From Dimorphilus gyrociliatus (lineage: Eukaryota; Animalia; Annelida), in NCBI GenBank assembly GCA_904063045.1, contig CAJFCJ010000004.1, positions 1 through 64,000 on the forward strand: 64,000 bases of DNA, in the 5' to 3' direction. The translations under genes were made by a program, and so were the position numbers. Positions 12,746-25,435 of this stretch are shown in pieces. How positions within the stretch are numbered: position 1 is the first letter of the stretch; each line of letters begins with the position of its first letter. The notes under the pieces are model-generated. The model had not been told where the DNA came from and searched no databases. It saw only the letters and a list, made by a program, of their open reading frames with translations.

Positions 12746-13781
12746 CTAAAAAAGAAATCAATAGAAATTAAATATAAAGAAAAGGAAGGATGGTTAACTT
12801 GGTAGTTGTTATATATCTTACCTTAAAGAGTAACTCTAGTCTCCAATACTTTATCACAAGTTTTATACTGTAAATTGTTAAATTACGTTTTATTCTTACA
12901 CTTTGACCTTCTACTTAGTTTGTATAAATCTTATGTAATTCGATATTTTAACTGATTCCTAACGGAGAAAAATAAATAATTAACCGTTCTATATCTTTAA
13001 ATTTTCCCTTTTATCTTTTATTTAAAAGCTATATTCTACAAAGATTAACTTAATAACCAATAAATATTTACGTAAATAAACATGTAGATTAATATTCATG
13101 TAACACTTAATTTTTTCAACCTGTCTATTTGTACATTTTATAAAAGCAAAGGTTGTTTTGTGGGTGTATGTGTTTCTTTTTGTTATTGTTATTTTTAGAA
13201 TTAGATGCGAAGCAATGAAGATGATAATAGAGATTATTCAGTTAAAGAGTATTCATAGTGTGTTTTTATTCTGTTATTTTATTTTAAGTTTCACTTTACT
13301 CTCCCTCTCTCTCTCTCTCTCTCTCAATTTCAATGTAGTCCAATAAACACTTTCTATTAATAAAAACAGCGCCATATTTATAAAAAAAATAACTTTTTTT
13401 GATCATTAAAAAAATAGTAGAATGGAATTTTTTGTCCATTCTGGGTTTACAATACAAAAACAAAAAAAGAAAGAAATAACTAGGTAACCAGTTTATTATT
13501 AAATTGCTGCTGTAAAAAATAGAATTTATTCTTTCTTTGCCAGATGTTACTAATTTTTTTTTTATGGTATTGCTTTATCAATTCTTATTGATAAGTTAAA
13601 AAGAGTGAAAGAGTGGAATGAAACGTTTGACAGCTTTTTGAATATTTATTATTATATTGAAGTAATTGCTTTTTTTCCTCCTCCTTCTCCTTCTCTTTCC
13701 CTTCTTCTTCATCTCACTCTCTTTCTATTCTTATGAAGAATGGTAATATCGATTAAAATATAGACTAATTAGATAACGAAA

Positions 13782-13879
13782 GGGACAGTGGTCTAGGGGT
13801 ATGATTCTCGTTTCGGGTTTAGTCATATAAGCAAATTCGAAATTACGAGAGGTCCCGGGTTCGAATCCCGGCTGTCCCC
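13782..13879 (+). tRNA. tRNA-Pro-CGG: tRNA-Pro(CGG), 26-nt intron
   Basis: Anticodon CGG with T31-A39; intron TTTAGTCATATAAGCAAATTCGAAAT; downstream T-run. Confidence 0.95.
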
Positions 13880-14257
13880 GTTGATGTTGAAATATTTTTT
13901 GCTCTCTAAACTTGGTATTCAAAACTAAATAATACATTAATCATTTAATTCTTACTATATATGGAATATTTTCAATTTGAAATACAAAGCAAATAATTTC
14001 AACAAAAGTTCCACTGTGTCGCAATTTGCATTGAATAGGACGCATTCATTTTTATAGGAAAACGAATAAAATATCTGCATGTTGCTATAGAATCAAAACA
14101 ACTCAATAAACATTTGGCTTAGGAGATTCATTATTTTCTAGGGAAATTTACAAGATATTTACTCAACATTTACCGTATTTTTTGGGGAAAAAAGAGGAAT
14201 TTAATAATTGACTTATAATTAATTGAATAAGAAAAGGAATATATAAATTGAATACTA

Positions 14258-15700
14258 ATGAGGAAATGCTTCAAAGAACCGTTAGGTATTGGATTTTTAA
14301 TGATTATGGCTACTGCCCATACAAGTATACTTTTCATTTCATTTGTATATATTTCTAATGGATTAATTATTTTAAAAATTGAAAATAACTCTTCATTTTC
14401 CCTAAATCAAACAAATAATTATACAAATGATTCGAGTAAATCATTAGAATACTTAATACCAGAGAAAAAAGGTATGTTTCTTTTGTTTCTTTATCTCCTT
14501 ATATCATGTCTTCTCTATCAACGTTTGAAAGCAGATCACATGGACAAGCTATTTATAGTTTTCGCTTCAACGTTCCTTATATCAGGCCTCTTTCCTCTAC
14601 CGGCGAATGCTAAAACTCAAGATTTAATATTAGGATTATCTCTAGCAATATCACCAATAGGTCATACGATAATTGGCTATTTTTATTTTAAACGTTCATA
14701 TATTGAAATAGATATCTATTCGGATAATAATAGTGATAATACGATTATCAAGGAAAATGGTAAAGCATTTTATGGTTTTCAAATTAATTCCATTATTCAT
14801 GGATTGAATTTTTGTATCCTAATTATATTCGTTTCTTTGGCGAATATGGACTTTTTATTAAATATAAAAGTAAGCCATTCAGAACGTAGACGTCCAAACG
14901 ACTATATTCTTGTAGAATCTTTTTCGTTTAACAATGGAATTCTAAGTGATTTGTTCAATTTAAAAGAATCATTAAAAAGACCTGTGATTTTTAAAGATTG
15001 TTTATTTACTGCTTCCACTGATGATGTTGATCGATACATAAAAAAAGTTCATGCTAAAGAATGTAGATATCATTATCCTTGTTATCCTTGTAAACTTTCA
15101 AGTTTATTTTGTAAATCGAAAAGTTGTTCTTGGAAGAGAATCAATGTTTATTCCTCTGTTGTTAATGAACTTTATTTTGACTTTAGTTTAACAACAACTA
15201 TAAAAAATATAGCTTATTTAAATAAATTAGGTATTCATTTTTTAACACCATTCTCAATTCGTCCGAACTGTTCAATTTTACATGATGCAACTTCAGCTTT
15301 AAGCTTCCATGAAACTTTTAAACAAATATTAGAGATATTTATCCTAAGGGAAGAAGGATTATCGTTAATTAATAAATATATCCAACTCATTCCTGAAACT
15401 TATAAGAGGACGATGATAATAGAACATTTAGTGAAACACACATTTAAAATTTGGCCTCCTCCTCTTTGGTACTTTTGTCTCAAAGATATAAGATTATATA
15501 TAAGAAGGGATTTTACTACACACTATCTCAACTCTATGCCAGAATATTACAAGGAATTCATCCTTAATCCTGCAGATAATAGATTATCGATGGATATACT
15601 GTCAATTTTTTATTTGAAATACGAAAATATTTGGACAATGGAAGAGTGTAGCTTTGGATTAATTCAGGATTTAAGAGTCTTAGGAGAATCCTCCGTTTGA
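14258..15700 (+). CDS. A7 paralog, ~459 aa; exons 14258-14471, 14535-15700 (in-frame stop-free intron)
   Basis: Donor GTATGT 14472; CAG 14534 (AAG 14531 is an in-frame alternative). Motifs HAKECRYH, CSW, WPPPLWYFCLKDIR, MPEYYKEFI. Confidence 0.88.
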   Translation: MRKCFKEPLGIGFLMIMATAHTSILFISFVYISNGLIILKIENNSSFSLNQTNNYTNDSSKSLEYLIPEKKGMFLLFLYLLISCLLYQRLKADHMDKLFIVFASTFLISGLFPLPANAKTQDLILGLSLAISPIGHTIIGYFYFKRSYIEIDIYSDNNSDNTIIKENGKAFYGFQINSIIHGLNFCILIIFVSLANMDFLLNIKVSHSERRRPNDYILVESFSFNNGILSDLFNLKESLKRPVIFKDCLFTASTDDVDRYIKKVHAKECRYHYPCYPCKLSSLFCKSKSCSWKRINVYSSVVNELYFDFSLTTTIKNIAYLNKLGIHFLTPFSIRPNCSILHDATSALSFHETFKQILEIFILREEGLSLINKYIQLIPETYKRTMIIEHLVKHTFKIWPPPLWYFCLKDIRLYIRRDFTTHYLNSMPEYYKEFILNPADNRLSMDILSIFYLKYENIWTMEECSFGLIQDLRVLGESSV

Positions 15701-16051
15701 GAAAGTGTACTTTTGTTTGTTACAGATTAATTATAATAATAAACATAGTTTCGTCTAACCTACTTTTCAGATAATAAATCAGTATAGAGAGACAATACCT
15801 TTACAAAAAGCATATTATGTAGAATGAAATCACGTACTTAACTGATATTTATACCTTGTTAACGACAAACTGTTGCACCAGATAAAATACTCTTTGTCTG
15901 TATTTGAAAATAAAAAGTTAATTAAGTATACTTTTATTCATGATTTATAACCAATTTAACTTTAAAGAATTGAAAACAACCCAATGTTTGCGTAATGTGT
16001 GTGTATGTGTGTATTTTTTTTCTTTCTATTCTATCTTAATCATTAAGCAAA

Positions 16052-17457
16052 ATGCCATTTGACTGTCCAGATCGAACTACTTTTATCAAATGTTTTACTG
16101 TTTTACCGTGGTTATTTTATAGTTGCCTTGCTTATAGATTAATATCAGAAGATATGCTTATAATAATCAAACATTATGGTAAATCTAATCAGACGATTAC
16201 CTTTAATCTCAATGAAAAAGAAGGTAAAAAATAATTAAATTTATGTTATGATTCATATTCTCTCTCTGTAATCTTTTAGATTATAAGAGGATATTGTTAA
16301 TCTGCAATTGTGCTATATCAGTTGGTTGTCTTACCGTCTATTGCTCGTTAGGTCGTGTTTGGAAAATAATAGGGATAACAAGCACTATATTGACATTAGG
16401 ACTACATTGTTTAAATGGATATTTTGTGTATTCTGATTGTTTCAAAATTTTAGAAAGCTTTAAAAATGACCCAAAAATAAAATGGAGATGGAAGACGGGT
16501 CATTATATATTTATGACTGAAACTTTGTGTTTCTTCATCTTTCTACAGTTGATGGTTACAAACTTCCTTCTTGAATCGAAGATAAGAACAAAAAGCGACA
16601 ATCCAGAAGCATTTCGAAAGGATTCTAAATACTGCTTAACGTCAGATATACAAATTTTAGGCTATTATATTGATGAAAACAACGAATTATGTACAAGGAA
16701 CGTTTATCAAGAAATACTTAATGGATCTTTTAAAAATTACAATCTAAACTTTATCTATAATACAAATAAAGAGGATTCAGTAACCGAAGCGTATTTTATT
16801 AAGAAATATAAAGGACAGTGTACAGCTTGTCATCTTCCAGATTTACTTCCAATCCCTTCACATCCAGTTTGTCAAAAAACGCACTGCGAATTGAATATGA
16901 TAAGGATAAGAATTAATTTAACTAATGAAAATATTTCTAGTTGGCTTCTTAATATTTTAAATCATTTAAGAATTTTGAACAAGTTAAATTATCACATTTT
17001 AAGTCCAATTGAACTCTCTCAAAGAAATTATACTTATTGCTTATATGACTATTTACAAAATTGTAACCTTCTCTGCGCCTTTCCGACAACGTCTATCTAT
17101 ATAATCTCTAGCTTAGTTATCAGGGAAGACGGATTCTCTCTTTTAAATAAACTTATGAAAAAACTTGATAATGTATACGCTAGTAGAGAAATAATAGATC
17201 TTGTTGCACTTCGGACTTTTGCAATTTGGCCTCCTCCTTTGTGGTTCTTTTGTTTGTTAAAATTAAGATTAATGATTAGAGAAGGAATGAAAGAAATACA
17301 GATGAATTCTCAATGGAAATCCATAAAATCCTTTGTATTGAATCCAGTAGAGAATAGAACAGAAAAAGATATTTTGTCTCTATTACATTTGCCATGTGAA
17401 AGTCTTTGGCTTACCGAAAAGTTAAGATTCGGTTTATTAGAGAAAATTGATATTTAA
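16052..17457 (+). CDS. A8 paralog, ~449 aa; exons 16052-16223, 16280-17457
   Basis: Donor GTAAAA 16224; acceptor TTTTAG 16279. Motifs YSDCF, KWRWKTG, SSLVIREDG, WPPPLWFFCLLKLR. Confidence 0.88.
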
Positions 17458-18544
17458 TGTTAATTTAAAGGCTTTTTCTTCTTTTAGCTTCGTTAAAATA
17501 TGCTTTATATTATGAAATAATACATTAAACTGTATTTTAAGGAGATATTTACAAGTCGGCAATTTTTCAGCTGATTTAACATCTTCATTTCTTTGACATT
17601 ATTACATAATCTTATTCAATTTAATTAATTAATATCTAATTATTCTATTTATGGCTGATGAGGTTACTTAATCATCTATTTAACAAATAAATTTAAATAG
17701 TTTCTCTATGGCTCATTTTCAAAGATACTCTTAAATAGACTAAAAAATGAGTATTTAATCATATATAGGATAATTACTCTTTTCAATTATGTTGATTGTT
17801 GAAAATAACACTAAGAAATTATTAAATGTGTCTTTGTATGTATTTTATAAGAATATATGAAAAATTATGGATCTATATTATATTACTATATAGCTTTCTT
17901 TTTATTCATTACTGTTGATATTTCTCCTAATAAAGACAAATACGAAACAAAGATACTCTACAAACATACGTCAATAATTGTCAATGAAATTTAATGCTAT
18001 ACAAAAAAAACAGGCACTAGATAAGCTTCGAGAAAGAGAGAGAGAGAGAGAGAAAGAAATGAGTTTTATTTCTTTCACTTTTTATAACTTATTAATTCAT
18101 ATTTCTAATTCCAAAAAGAGAGTAGAGAACACTTTTATTTAGGTCAAATTACAATAAAACTAATATTAAACTTCATATTATAATAGACATTTCTTATGCT
18201 TGACAAACTAGATTTGACATAATTTAGTCAATTATTAGAAAAAACGTGTTCTTACAGCGCTTATTAAATATTTAATCTTTATCCAATTTCCCCGGAATTA
18301 GATATGTAAAAAACAACAAAAAAAGAAAAGCCTTTTGAACCAAAAAAAAGATGGACAAGGTTTTATGTATAAAGTAAAAGATAATGTTGTTTGTCTTAAT
18401 TTGATGCGTATATTTCCCCCTCCCCGCCAAGTGTACTGTTTGCTTGAAGTTTGTCGAATGCTGAAGTAAGGAAAGGTACATATATCTTTATTATCATAAA
18501 TTCGATTAATACAAGACAAGAAAATACTTTTAATATTCCAGACA

Positions 18545-18647
18545 GGGACAGTGGTCTAGGGGTATGATTCTCGCTTTGGGATTTAATTTGAACAGTTAAA
18601 ATCTGCAAAATTGCGAGAGGTCCCGGGTTCGAATCCCGGCTGTCCCC
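18545..18647 (+). tRNA. tRNA-Pro-TGG: tRNA-Pro(TGG), 31-nt intron
   Basis: Intron ATTTAATTTGAACAGTTAAAATCTGCAAAAT; T5 terminator. Confidence 0.95.
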
Positions 18648-18797
18648 AAAGTAATTTTTAATTCTTAAATGATAAAAAAAGAGGAAAGAGAAATCTTGAG
18701 AGAGATCTAGTTCCTATTTATCTTGAATCTATTGATAGAATAGAAGAGTAGAATATAAATATTTATTAGAAAGCATAAAAGTGATAAAGAAAACAAG

Positions 18798-20229
18798 CTA
18801 GATATTCAATTTTTCAAATATTCCATATCGAATTGAATTTCGTCTCCATAAATTATCATATTTTAAATTTAGTATATTCTTGACGAAGAATAGATAATTT
18901 TCTTGATCGAAATCAAAAACTTTGAACGGATAGTTGATTCTTCTATAGAAAAGTCTCAGTTTACAAAGAGTGAGATACCAAAGAGGTGGAGGCCATCTTT
19001 CAAAAACTACATTTATTGTATAATTATTAATCATTAATTGATATTCTTTAGTATTGAATTTCTTTAATAATTTTTTTATTAGATGTATTCCATCTTCTCT
19101 TATTAGTAAACTTTCAATAATAAATTTATACAGTTTGTCAAAGATAAGGGTAAAGTTATCGTGCTTTCTGATATAATCAATTAATGATATTGAATCTTCC
19201 TTCTTGTCAAGTTTAGTGAATGGAGAAAAACAATCTAAACCCAATTTATTGATACAGGCCAAACTTTCTAAACACTCTAGGTCATTTCTATCAATATTAA
19301 TAGATTTCTTTGCGTCGAATAGAATAGCTATTCTAAACGTAGACAAACTATCAAGTCTTTTCCTTTCGAATGAACATTGAAGGAGATATGTACAGTATGT
19401 TCCTATACGATTAGAAATTGCCCAACACCTTATTTTGTATTCGTTATCAGTACAATTGTAGATAGTATCATTTGAATTCGATGATAAATAATTCACGGGT
19501 AATTTTGAAACATTTCCCGCATTAATTGCATTTATAGTTAATCCTCTTCTACAAGGTATCAATAGGAATTGAATAGGTGATTTATTGTCTGTAATGAAAT
19601 TATATGTTTCTTCAACATCCTCTCCTTCGAAACAGTCTTTACATTGGGGAAACCATCTATCTATCCAATTAATCTTTTTCAGTAAAATATGATAAGAAAA
19701 TATAAACAATAGTCCAAAGATATGATTAACAATGATACTTAACGAAAGAAACATACCAAAATTAAATTTCAGCCTTATATAACTATTACTATTATTAATG
19801 AAAGGTTTGAAAAGTAATTTCCATTCATTATAGATTTCATATAAACAATAACACAACGAAAATAGACATATTGAATTTAATGAGAATAAAACAACGAATA
19901 TAGTTGATTTTTTTAATAAAAAACTTAATATAATAAATAGAACAAGATATATAAAATTCAAACTTATAAACGTCTTTCCTTCTCTATCTACAAAGTAGTT
20001 CTTTTAGCTTTCTATTAAGTTTAACGTCTAGTTTTTAAGTAAAATACTTACTTTGATTTAAAGGAATAGATATGCTATTTAATTCCAATTTGTCTTTCTT
20101 ATCAATTAATGACGCCGTTATCCAATCATTATCGAAACATAGCACTAACGATAAACTCACCAGTATAATATAATAGAAAGTAACTAAACAGTACCATATT
20201 CTTTGTAAATTTCCCCTGGTTGTCGCCAT
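18798..20229 (-). CDS. A9 paralog, ~455 aa; exons 20229-20052, 19987-18798
   Basis: Donor GTAAGT 20051; acceptor TTTGTAG 19988. Motifs INKLGLDC, ESLLIREDG, WPPPLWYLTLCKLR, YGIFEKL. Confidence 0.88.
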
Positions 20230-20669
20230 TTTTTTACTGTGACTATCGAATAATTGTATATGATAATTATCTCTAATGAACAATAGAGAATTATGAATTT
20301 TCCTGTGCGGCTTGCTATTTCATTATTGAAAGAGAACGAATGGGAGAAGGAGACACGCTTTTAAAAGAAACTGGTAACTTTTCAATGAATGAATAATGCT
20401 GGAAAATTACAAATGTTTCTTTCGAAATTCCCTAATCAAATTAGAGATAATACCAGGAATGTTGAAAATTAGCTTTGTTTATCAATCAGAACTGTCAGGT
20501 AAAAAGAACAAATTGGTGATGGCGTTAACCAAAGATATGAACTAAAAGATTATTGTTACTGTCGCTTTAGTAGTATTGTAAATTAAATAATTAACTCACA
20601 GACTCTCTTATCAGATTATATACTCTTCTTTATATTGTTTTCTAGAGAAGAAATATCAAAAATATTATT

Positions 20670-20764
20670 GGGGACAGCCGGGATTCGAACCCGGGACCTC
20701 TCGCATTTCTATACAGTTTATTCAACATCCCAAAGCGAGAATCATACCCCTAGACCACTGTCCC
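20670..20764 (-). tRNA. tRNA-Pro-TGG: tRNA-Pro(TGG), 23-nt intron (tandem copy 1)
   Basis: Intron ATGTTGAATAAACTGTATAGAAA. Confidence 0.95.
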
Positions 20765-20846
20765 TTTATGATTTATTCATAATTTATCATAATTTTTTCT
20801 ATAATTTCAAATATGAATCGTTCAAGAAAATAAAACAAAAACTATT

Positions 20847-20941
20847 GGGGACAGCCGGGATTCGAACCCGGGACCTCTCGCATTTCTATGCAGTTTATTC
20901 AATATCCCAAAGCGAGAATCATACCCCTAGACCACTGTCCC
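20847..20941 (-). tRNA. tRNA-Pro-TGG: tRNA-Pro(TGG), 23-nt intron (tandem copy 2)
   Basis: Intron ATATTGAATAAACTGCATAGAAA. Confidence 0.95.
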
Positions 20942-21023
20942 TTTATGATTTATTCATAATTTATTATAATTTTTTTCTATAACTATACCATTAATGTTTG
21001 AAAAATGTAAAATAAAAAACAGT

Positions 21024-21118
21024 GGGGACAGCCGGGATTCGAACCCGGGACCTCTCGCATTTCTATACAGTATATTCAATATCCCAAAGCGAGAATCATA
21101 CCCCTAGACCACTGTCCC
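21024..21118 (-). tRNA. tRNA-Pro-TGG: tRNA-Pro(TGG), 23-nt intron (tandem copy 3)
   Basis: Intron ATATTGAATATACTGTATAGAAA. Confidence 0.95.
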
Positions 21119-21200
21119 TTCATGATTTATTCATAATTTATCATAATTTTTTCCATAATAGCAAATATGAATCGTTCAAGAAAATAAAGCAAAAACTATT

Positions 21201-21291
21201 GGGGACAGCCGGGATTCGAACCCGGGACCTCTCGCATTTTTTACATTATAAACATCCCAAAGCGAGAATCATACCCCTAGACCACTGTCCC
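21201..21291 (-). tRNA. tRNA-Pro-TGG: tRNA-Pro(TGG), 19-nt intron (tandem copy 4)
   Basis: Intron ATGTTTATAATGTAAAAAA. Confidence 0.95.
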
Positions 21292-22284
21292 ATCTTGAAG
21301 TGAGACTAAGAAATGTTGCAATTTCGTTTATCTGTTCATTAAAAATTCACCTTTCTCTAGGCAAAAATCAATATATACCGTATTGTTAATGAATCTAAAT
21401 CTAATAATTTATATTGAAAATCTATCTAATATTTTTCCTCTTTATTGTATGCTTTGAACAGTTTTTGTCCGAATTATGAGACATTTATAGATTCATTATA
21501 TTTTACATTTTAAAGAATGTTTTTATATAAGAAATTATTAAAGTAACCTTAGTAACATTGTAAATGTTTAACAATTTTTGTCTTAATGATCTTATGTATA
21601 GTAAATAAAAGTAATTTCGTTAATTTCTTTTCATCTTTTCTATTTTAGTGTTTTCAGTTTCATTTTTCGTTTATTAAACTAAAATAATCCCTATATTTCA
21701 AAGAATCATTTATCTTCTTAGCTTTTTTAATCTTGTATTCAATGAAAAGAGCAAGAAAAGAAAAAAAGACAAAGATCTTAATATAGTTTTTGCCTATTTC
21801 TCATCTCTTTCAAAATGGATGATGATGAAGCTGTTTCCTTTTTACTTTTCAATAGCCTACAGCTTTAACAATAGTCACGAATTACAATGTATTATATAGT
21901 CTGATTTAAGACAAATTCAATTAGCATTATTACAAAAACTGATTAATTTTCAAGAAGATCAATCATGACACCTAAAATTAAGAATTTATAGTTGTATACC
22001 TATTATTCTATTAATCTTATGTTTAATTTATTTACAAAGTGTGTATTACATAAAATTTAACAATTTATTAGTTAAAAAACACATGGTTTATGCACAAAAT
22101 TTTCTAACAATAAATGTTAAAGCAATAGGTTATAATAAATATTTTACAAAAAGCTTTAAATGCTTTATTATAATTAATTTTTTTTATAAAAAAAAAATTT
22201 CCATTTATTATAAATAAATTAATTTAAAGTAAAAAGAAATATGATTTGTAAAAAACATCTTTTTATAGAAATATTCTTCAGACA

Positions 22285-22376
22285 GGGACAGTGGTCTAGG
22301 GGTATGATTCTCGCTTTGGGAAGTTGTAATATACTAAGCATGCGAGAGGTCCCGGGTTCGAATCCCGGCTGTCCCC
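22285..22376 (+). tRNA. tRNA-Pro-TGG: tRNA-Pro(TGG), 20-nt intron
   Basis: Identical, intron included, to the copies at 3753 and 33223. Confidence 0.95.
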
Positions 22377-22602
22377 AATAATTTTTTTTCTTTTTTTTTT
22401 CAACAATTTACATTTATTAGAAATTACCTGGGGAATAATCAGCGAAATTTTTCTATAATAATATAATACTCTTTGTTAAATGCGTTCTTTTATATATATT
22501 TTCAAAGCTTTATACTGGTTTTAGGTTTTATGTTTATGCTTTTTTATATAAAATCAATTTTTCAATATTTATTATTGCGCAAAAAAAAAATATTTAGCCA
22601 AC

Positions 22603-22690
22603 GGGGACAGCCGGGATTCGAACCCGGGACCTCTCGTAGATTAGCGAATGAATTCCCTAAACGAGAATCATACCCCTAGACCACTGTCCC
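22603..22690 (-). tRNA. tRNA-Pro-AGG: tRNA-Pro(AGG), 16-nt intron
   Basis: Identical, intron included, to the copy at 4577. Confidence 0.95.
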
Positions 22691-23070
22691 AGCGTGTTAA
22701 ATTTGACTTTATTTTCAAGTTTGATGACAAATTAATATAATCATAATAATAATGATAATCAATGCAGAGATAATAATTAATAGTAATATTAAATAGGACG
22801 AATGTTATTATTTCTTTTAAAGTTCAAAATCATTTTTCTTTACAAAGAGCAATTCCTTGTTGATAGTTTTTAGCAAAATGCATACTCTTATAAAAAAAAC
22901 AAATATCTCTTATCTGCAAAGCAAACAGGATATTCAATAAAAGAATTGTTAGAGAAAGATTCAGAGATTGACATTACATAACATAACAAAAAATGTCAAT
23001 ATAACCTTATATTGCTTTCGAGTAAGCCAAGAATATTAAATTGCTGTACTTGAAATTCAAAAAATTTAAT

Positions 23071-23172
23071 GGGGACAGCCGGGATTCGAACCCGGGACCT
23101 CTCGCAATTTTGCAGTTTTTAACTGTTTAATTCAATCCCAAAGCGAGAATCATACCCCTAGACCACTGTCCC
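23071..23172 (-). tRNA. tRNA-Pro-TGG: tRNA-Pro(TGG), 30-nt intron
   Basis: Intron ATTGAATTAAACAGTTAAAAACTGCAAAAT, related to the intron at 18545. Confidence 0.95.
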
Positions 23173-23773
23173 TCTGCAAGTTAACAAAGCGTTACGAAAC
23201 TTGTTGTCTACCGTTTGCTCAAGCATGTCATTCATTGAGCAACAATTCTTAGAATAGATTATTTTTAGTTTGTTGATTACACTCCTCAAAGCTTACCAGC
23301 TAGCTACTAAGCGTTAGAGCTATTCAACAAACGAATTATTTGTTATACCAATTATCTAGTCTAACACGTGAAAAGCAATTGTTATCGTCTTATTTTGATA
23401 CTATAATAATGAGATTACGATAAAGTTAAACATTATTAATTTAAACATAAAAAAGTACAATAACTTAACAGCTTTTAGTCATATGAAAGGAGCGAAAAAG
23501 CAAATACGAAAGTAAAAATACAAAATAACGACTCAAATTTAAATTTTATCTAACTTTATTTGACTCTATTTATATCGGTTTTAGAATATATAATGTAAGT
23601 TGTACTTTCGTTACTTCTATCGCTTCACATTCATATGGTTTTTACTTTATTAAGGAAGAAATAAGTTTTATAATACTCCCTCTTCTACAAAAAAGAAATA
23701 AATTATAAATCTATTCAAGTTTTATCAATAGCATCTTTAAAAATACAAAAAGAAACAGTCTCAGTTTAATATG

Positions 23774-25257
23774 TTATTCAATATTTTCAAAAATCCCGTA
23801 ATGCAACGCTGACATTTCCCATATCCTGGAATAAGAAAGCCGAAGGGGTGATGATTGCAATAGTGACTTTTCGTGATAGTTTTTTAGAAGGGTTTCTAAT
23901 ACAGTGTTGTTTAAATCTAAAATTTGAATTTCTCCATTAAATGCTTTAATATATTCTCTTGTCTTTGTCCAACACAAATAGCTTAGGGGAGGAGGCCAAT
24001 CGCTAAATATTTTTTTCGTAACTAGTTGCAATATTTCGTGCTTATGTTCAGCTTGTAATTCTTGTGCAAGTTCATTAGCTAAGAGTAATCCATTCTCATG
24101 AATAATCAAACTTTCCACAAAAAATCGACAATATTTAGAAAATATATCATCAAAATTATCCCTTTCTTTGAGACAATCAATTATTGATTTATTGTTTTTA
24201 TAGCCCTTTAATTTTAAAGGAACTAATAAATGTATACCCAATTTATTTAACATTGCCAACTGACGTAATATCCAATCGTTATCATTTTCCACTTTTGTAG
24301 ATGTAAGATTCTGCAATAGCTTTTTTGACAAATTAACCTTAATTTTTGCACTGTTTGAATGTAATCCTTTAAACGAAGATAGTTTTAAATGTTTCGCCTG
24401 TTGATTATTTTCTTTTAATAAGAGATTTAGATTTCTCTTGTTAAGATTTATCTTAATTGAAGCAAAATGATCAATTTTCTTTCTTTTTGACTTATATATT
24501 TGATATAGTATTGGTCTTCTTTCGAAGTTGTTGTTTACACTAGAAAAATCAGCTTCGAAACCAAAAACTTTTAGATATAATAGAGGTTGTTCACAATTAT
24601 CTTGGTCAACAGTATCAATTAGCGACTCTTCATCATTAGGTCTTCTTTCAAAACAAGTCGTAAAGGCAAACTGATGCATATTGTTGGTACTTAATAAAAA
24701 TCTATATGTAGGAAGAAATACCATAAATACGACATCAAACAAAAAGAGAAATATAGCAACGTAGAATCCAAAACCCCAGAACCATACGATTCTGTAAGAT
24801 TTATTATAATATCTTAATCTATTAATGCAATCAATATAAATTTCGACAGCAAATACCCAAACGAAAAATGTTATTAACATAGTTAAAATTGATAATGCGA
24901 TATAAACAATATTTCTTTTAAAAAAGAATAATAAACTCGGATAAAGTATTGTAATTAAGGTCAAATTTCCAAAATGAAAGGCTAAATCGTCGAATGCTAG
25001 TTAAAAAAAAAAGAAAATAAACAATCAGAAATTTTTCAATACTATTCCGTTGAAAATATATATTTTGTATAAATGTCTAAAATACCTCTTTCTTCTGGAA
25101 TAGAAATATTTCTGCTCATACTACCATTCTGTGTATATATCGTCAGGTTTATCCATTCCGTAAAAACTATTGCAATTGAGAATGTAAAATAGATAAGAAG
25201 AGAGCAGATAACTGCATATTTTATTTGCACTATCCGACTGGAGATTGTTCGCAGCAT
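23774..25257 (-). CDS. A10 paralog, ~464 aa; exons 25257-25086, 24996-23774
   Basis: Donor GTATTT 25085; acceptor CTAG 24997. Motifs YIDCI, VWFWGFG, LNKLGIHLL, ESLIIHENG, WPPPLSYLCW. Cys/His motif is lost. Confidence 0.87.
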
Positions 25258-25435
25258 TTTATGTTTTCAGCTCAAATATTATAGATTCGCTTTAAATGGT
25301 TGAATTAGAGTGGTTCTAATATTTGTATATGTCACGTGAGCATGTTATTATTTTTTATAGAAATCTATTGCTTCTAGTATTAAAACAGTATTTGTGAATT
25401 TTTTAGTAGCAGGATCAAAATTTTATTATATTCTA

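Larger units (their letters stand above)
20670..21291 (-). repeat. Tandem array of four tRNA-Pro(TGG) genes, exact 177-bp period
   Basis: Lower coordinates 20670, 20847, 21024, 21201; three spacers of 82 nt each. Confidence 0.95.

Noticed and set aside
20635-21303. Repeat plus variable insert pattern resembling a CRISPR array
   Set aside because: The repeats are tRNA-Pro exons and the variable parts are canonical tRNA introns and spacers; the context is eukaryotic and no cas genes are present.
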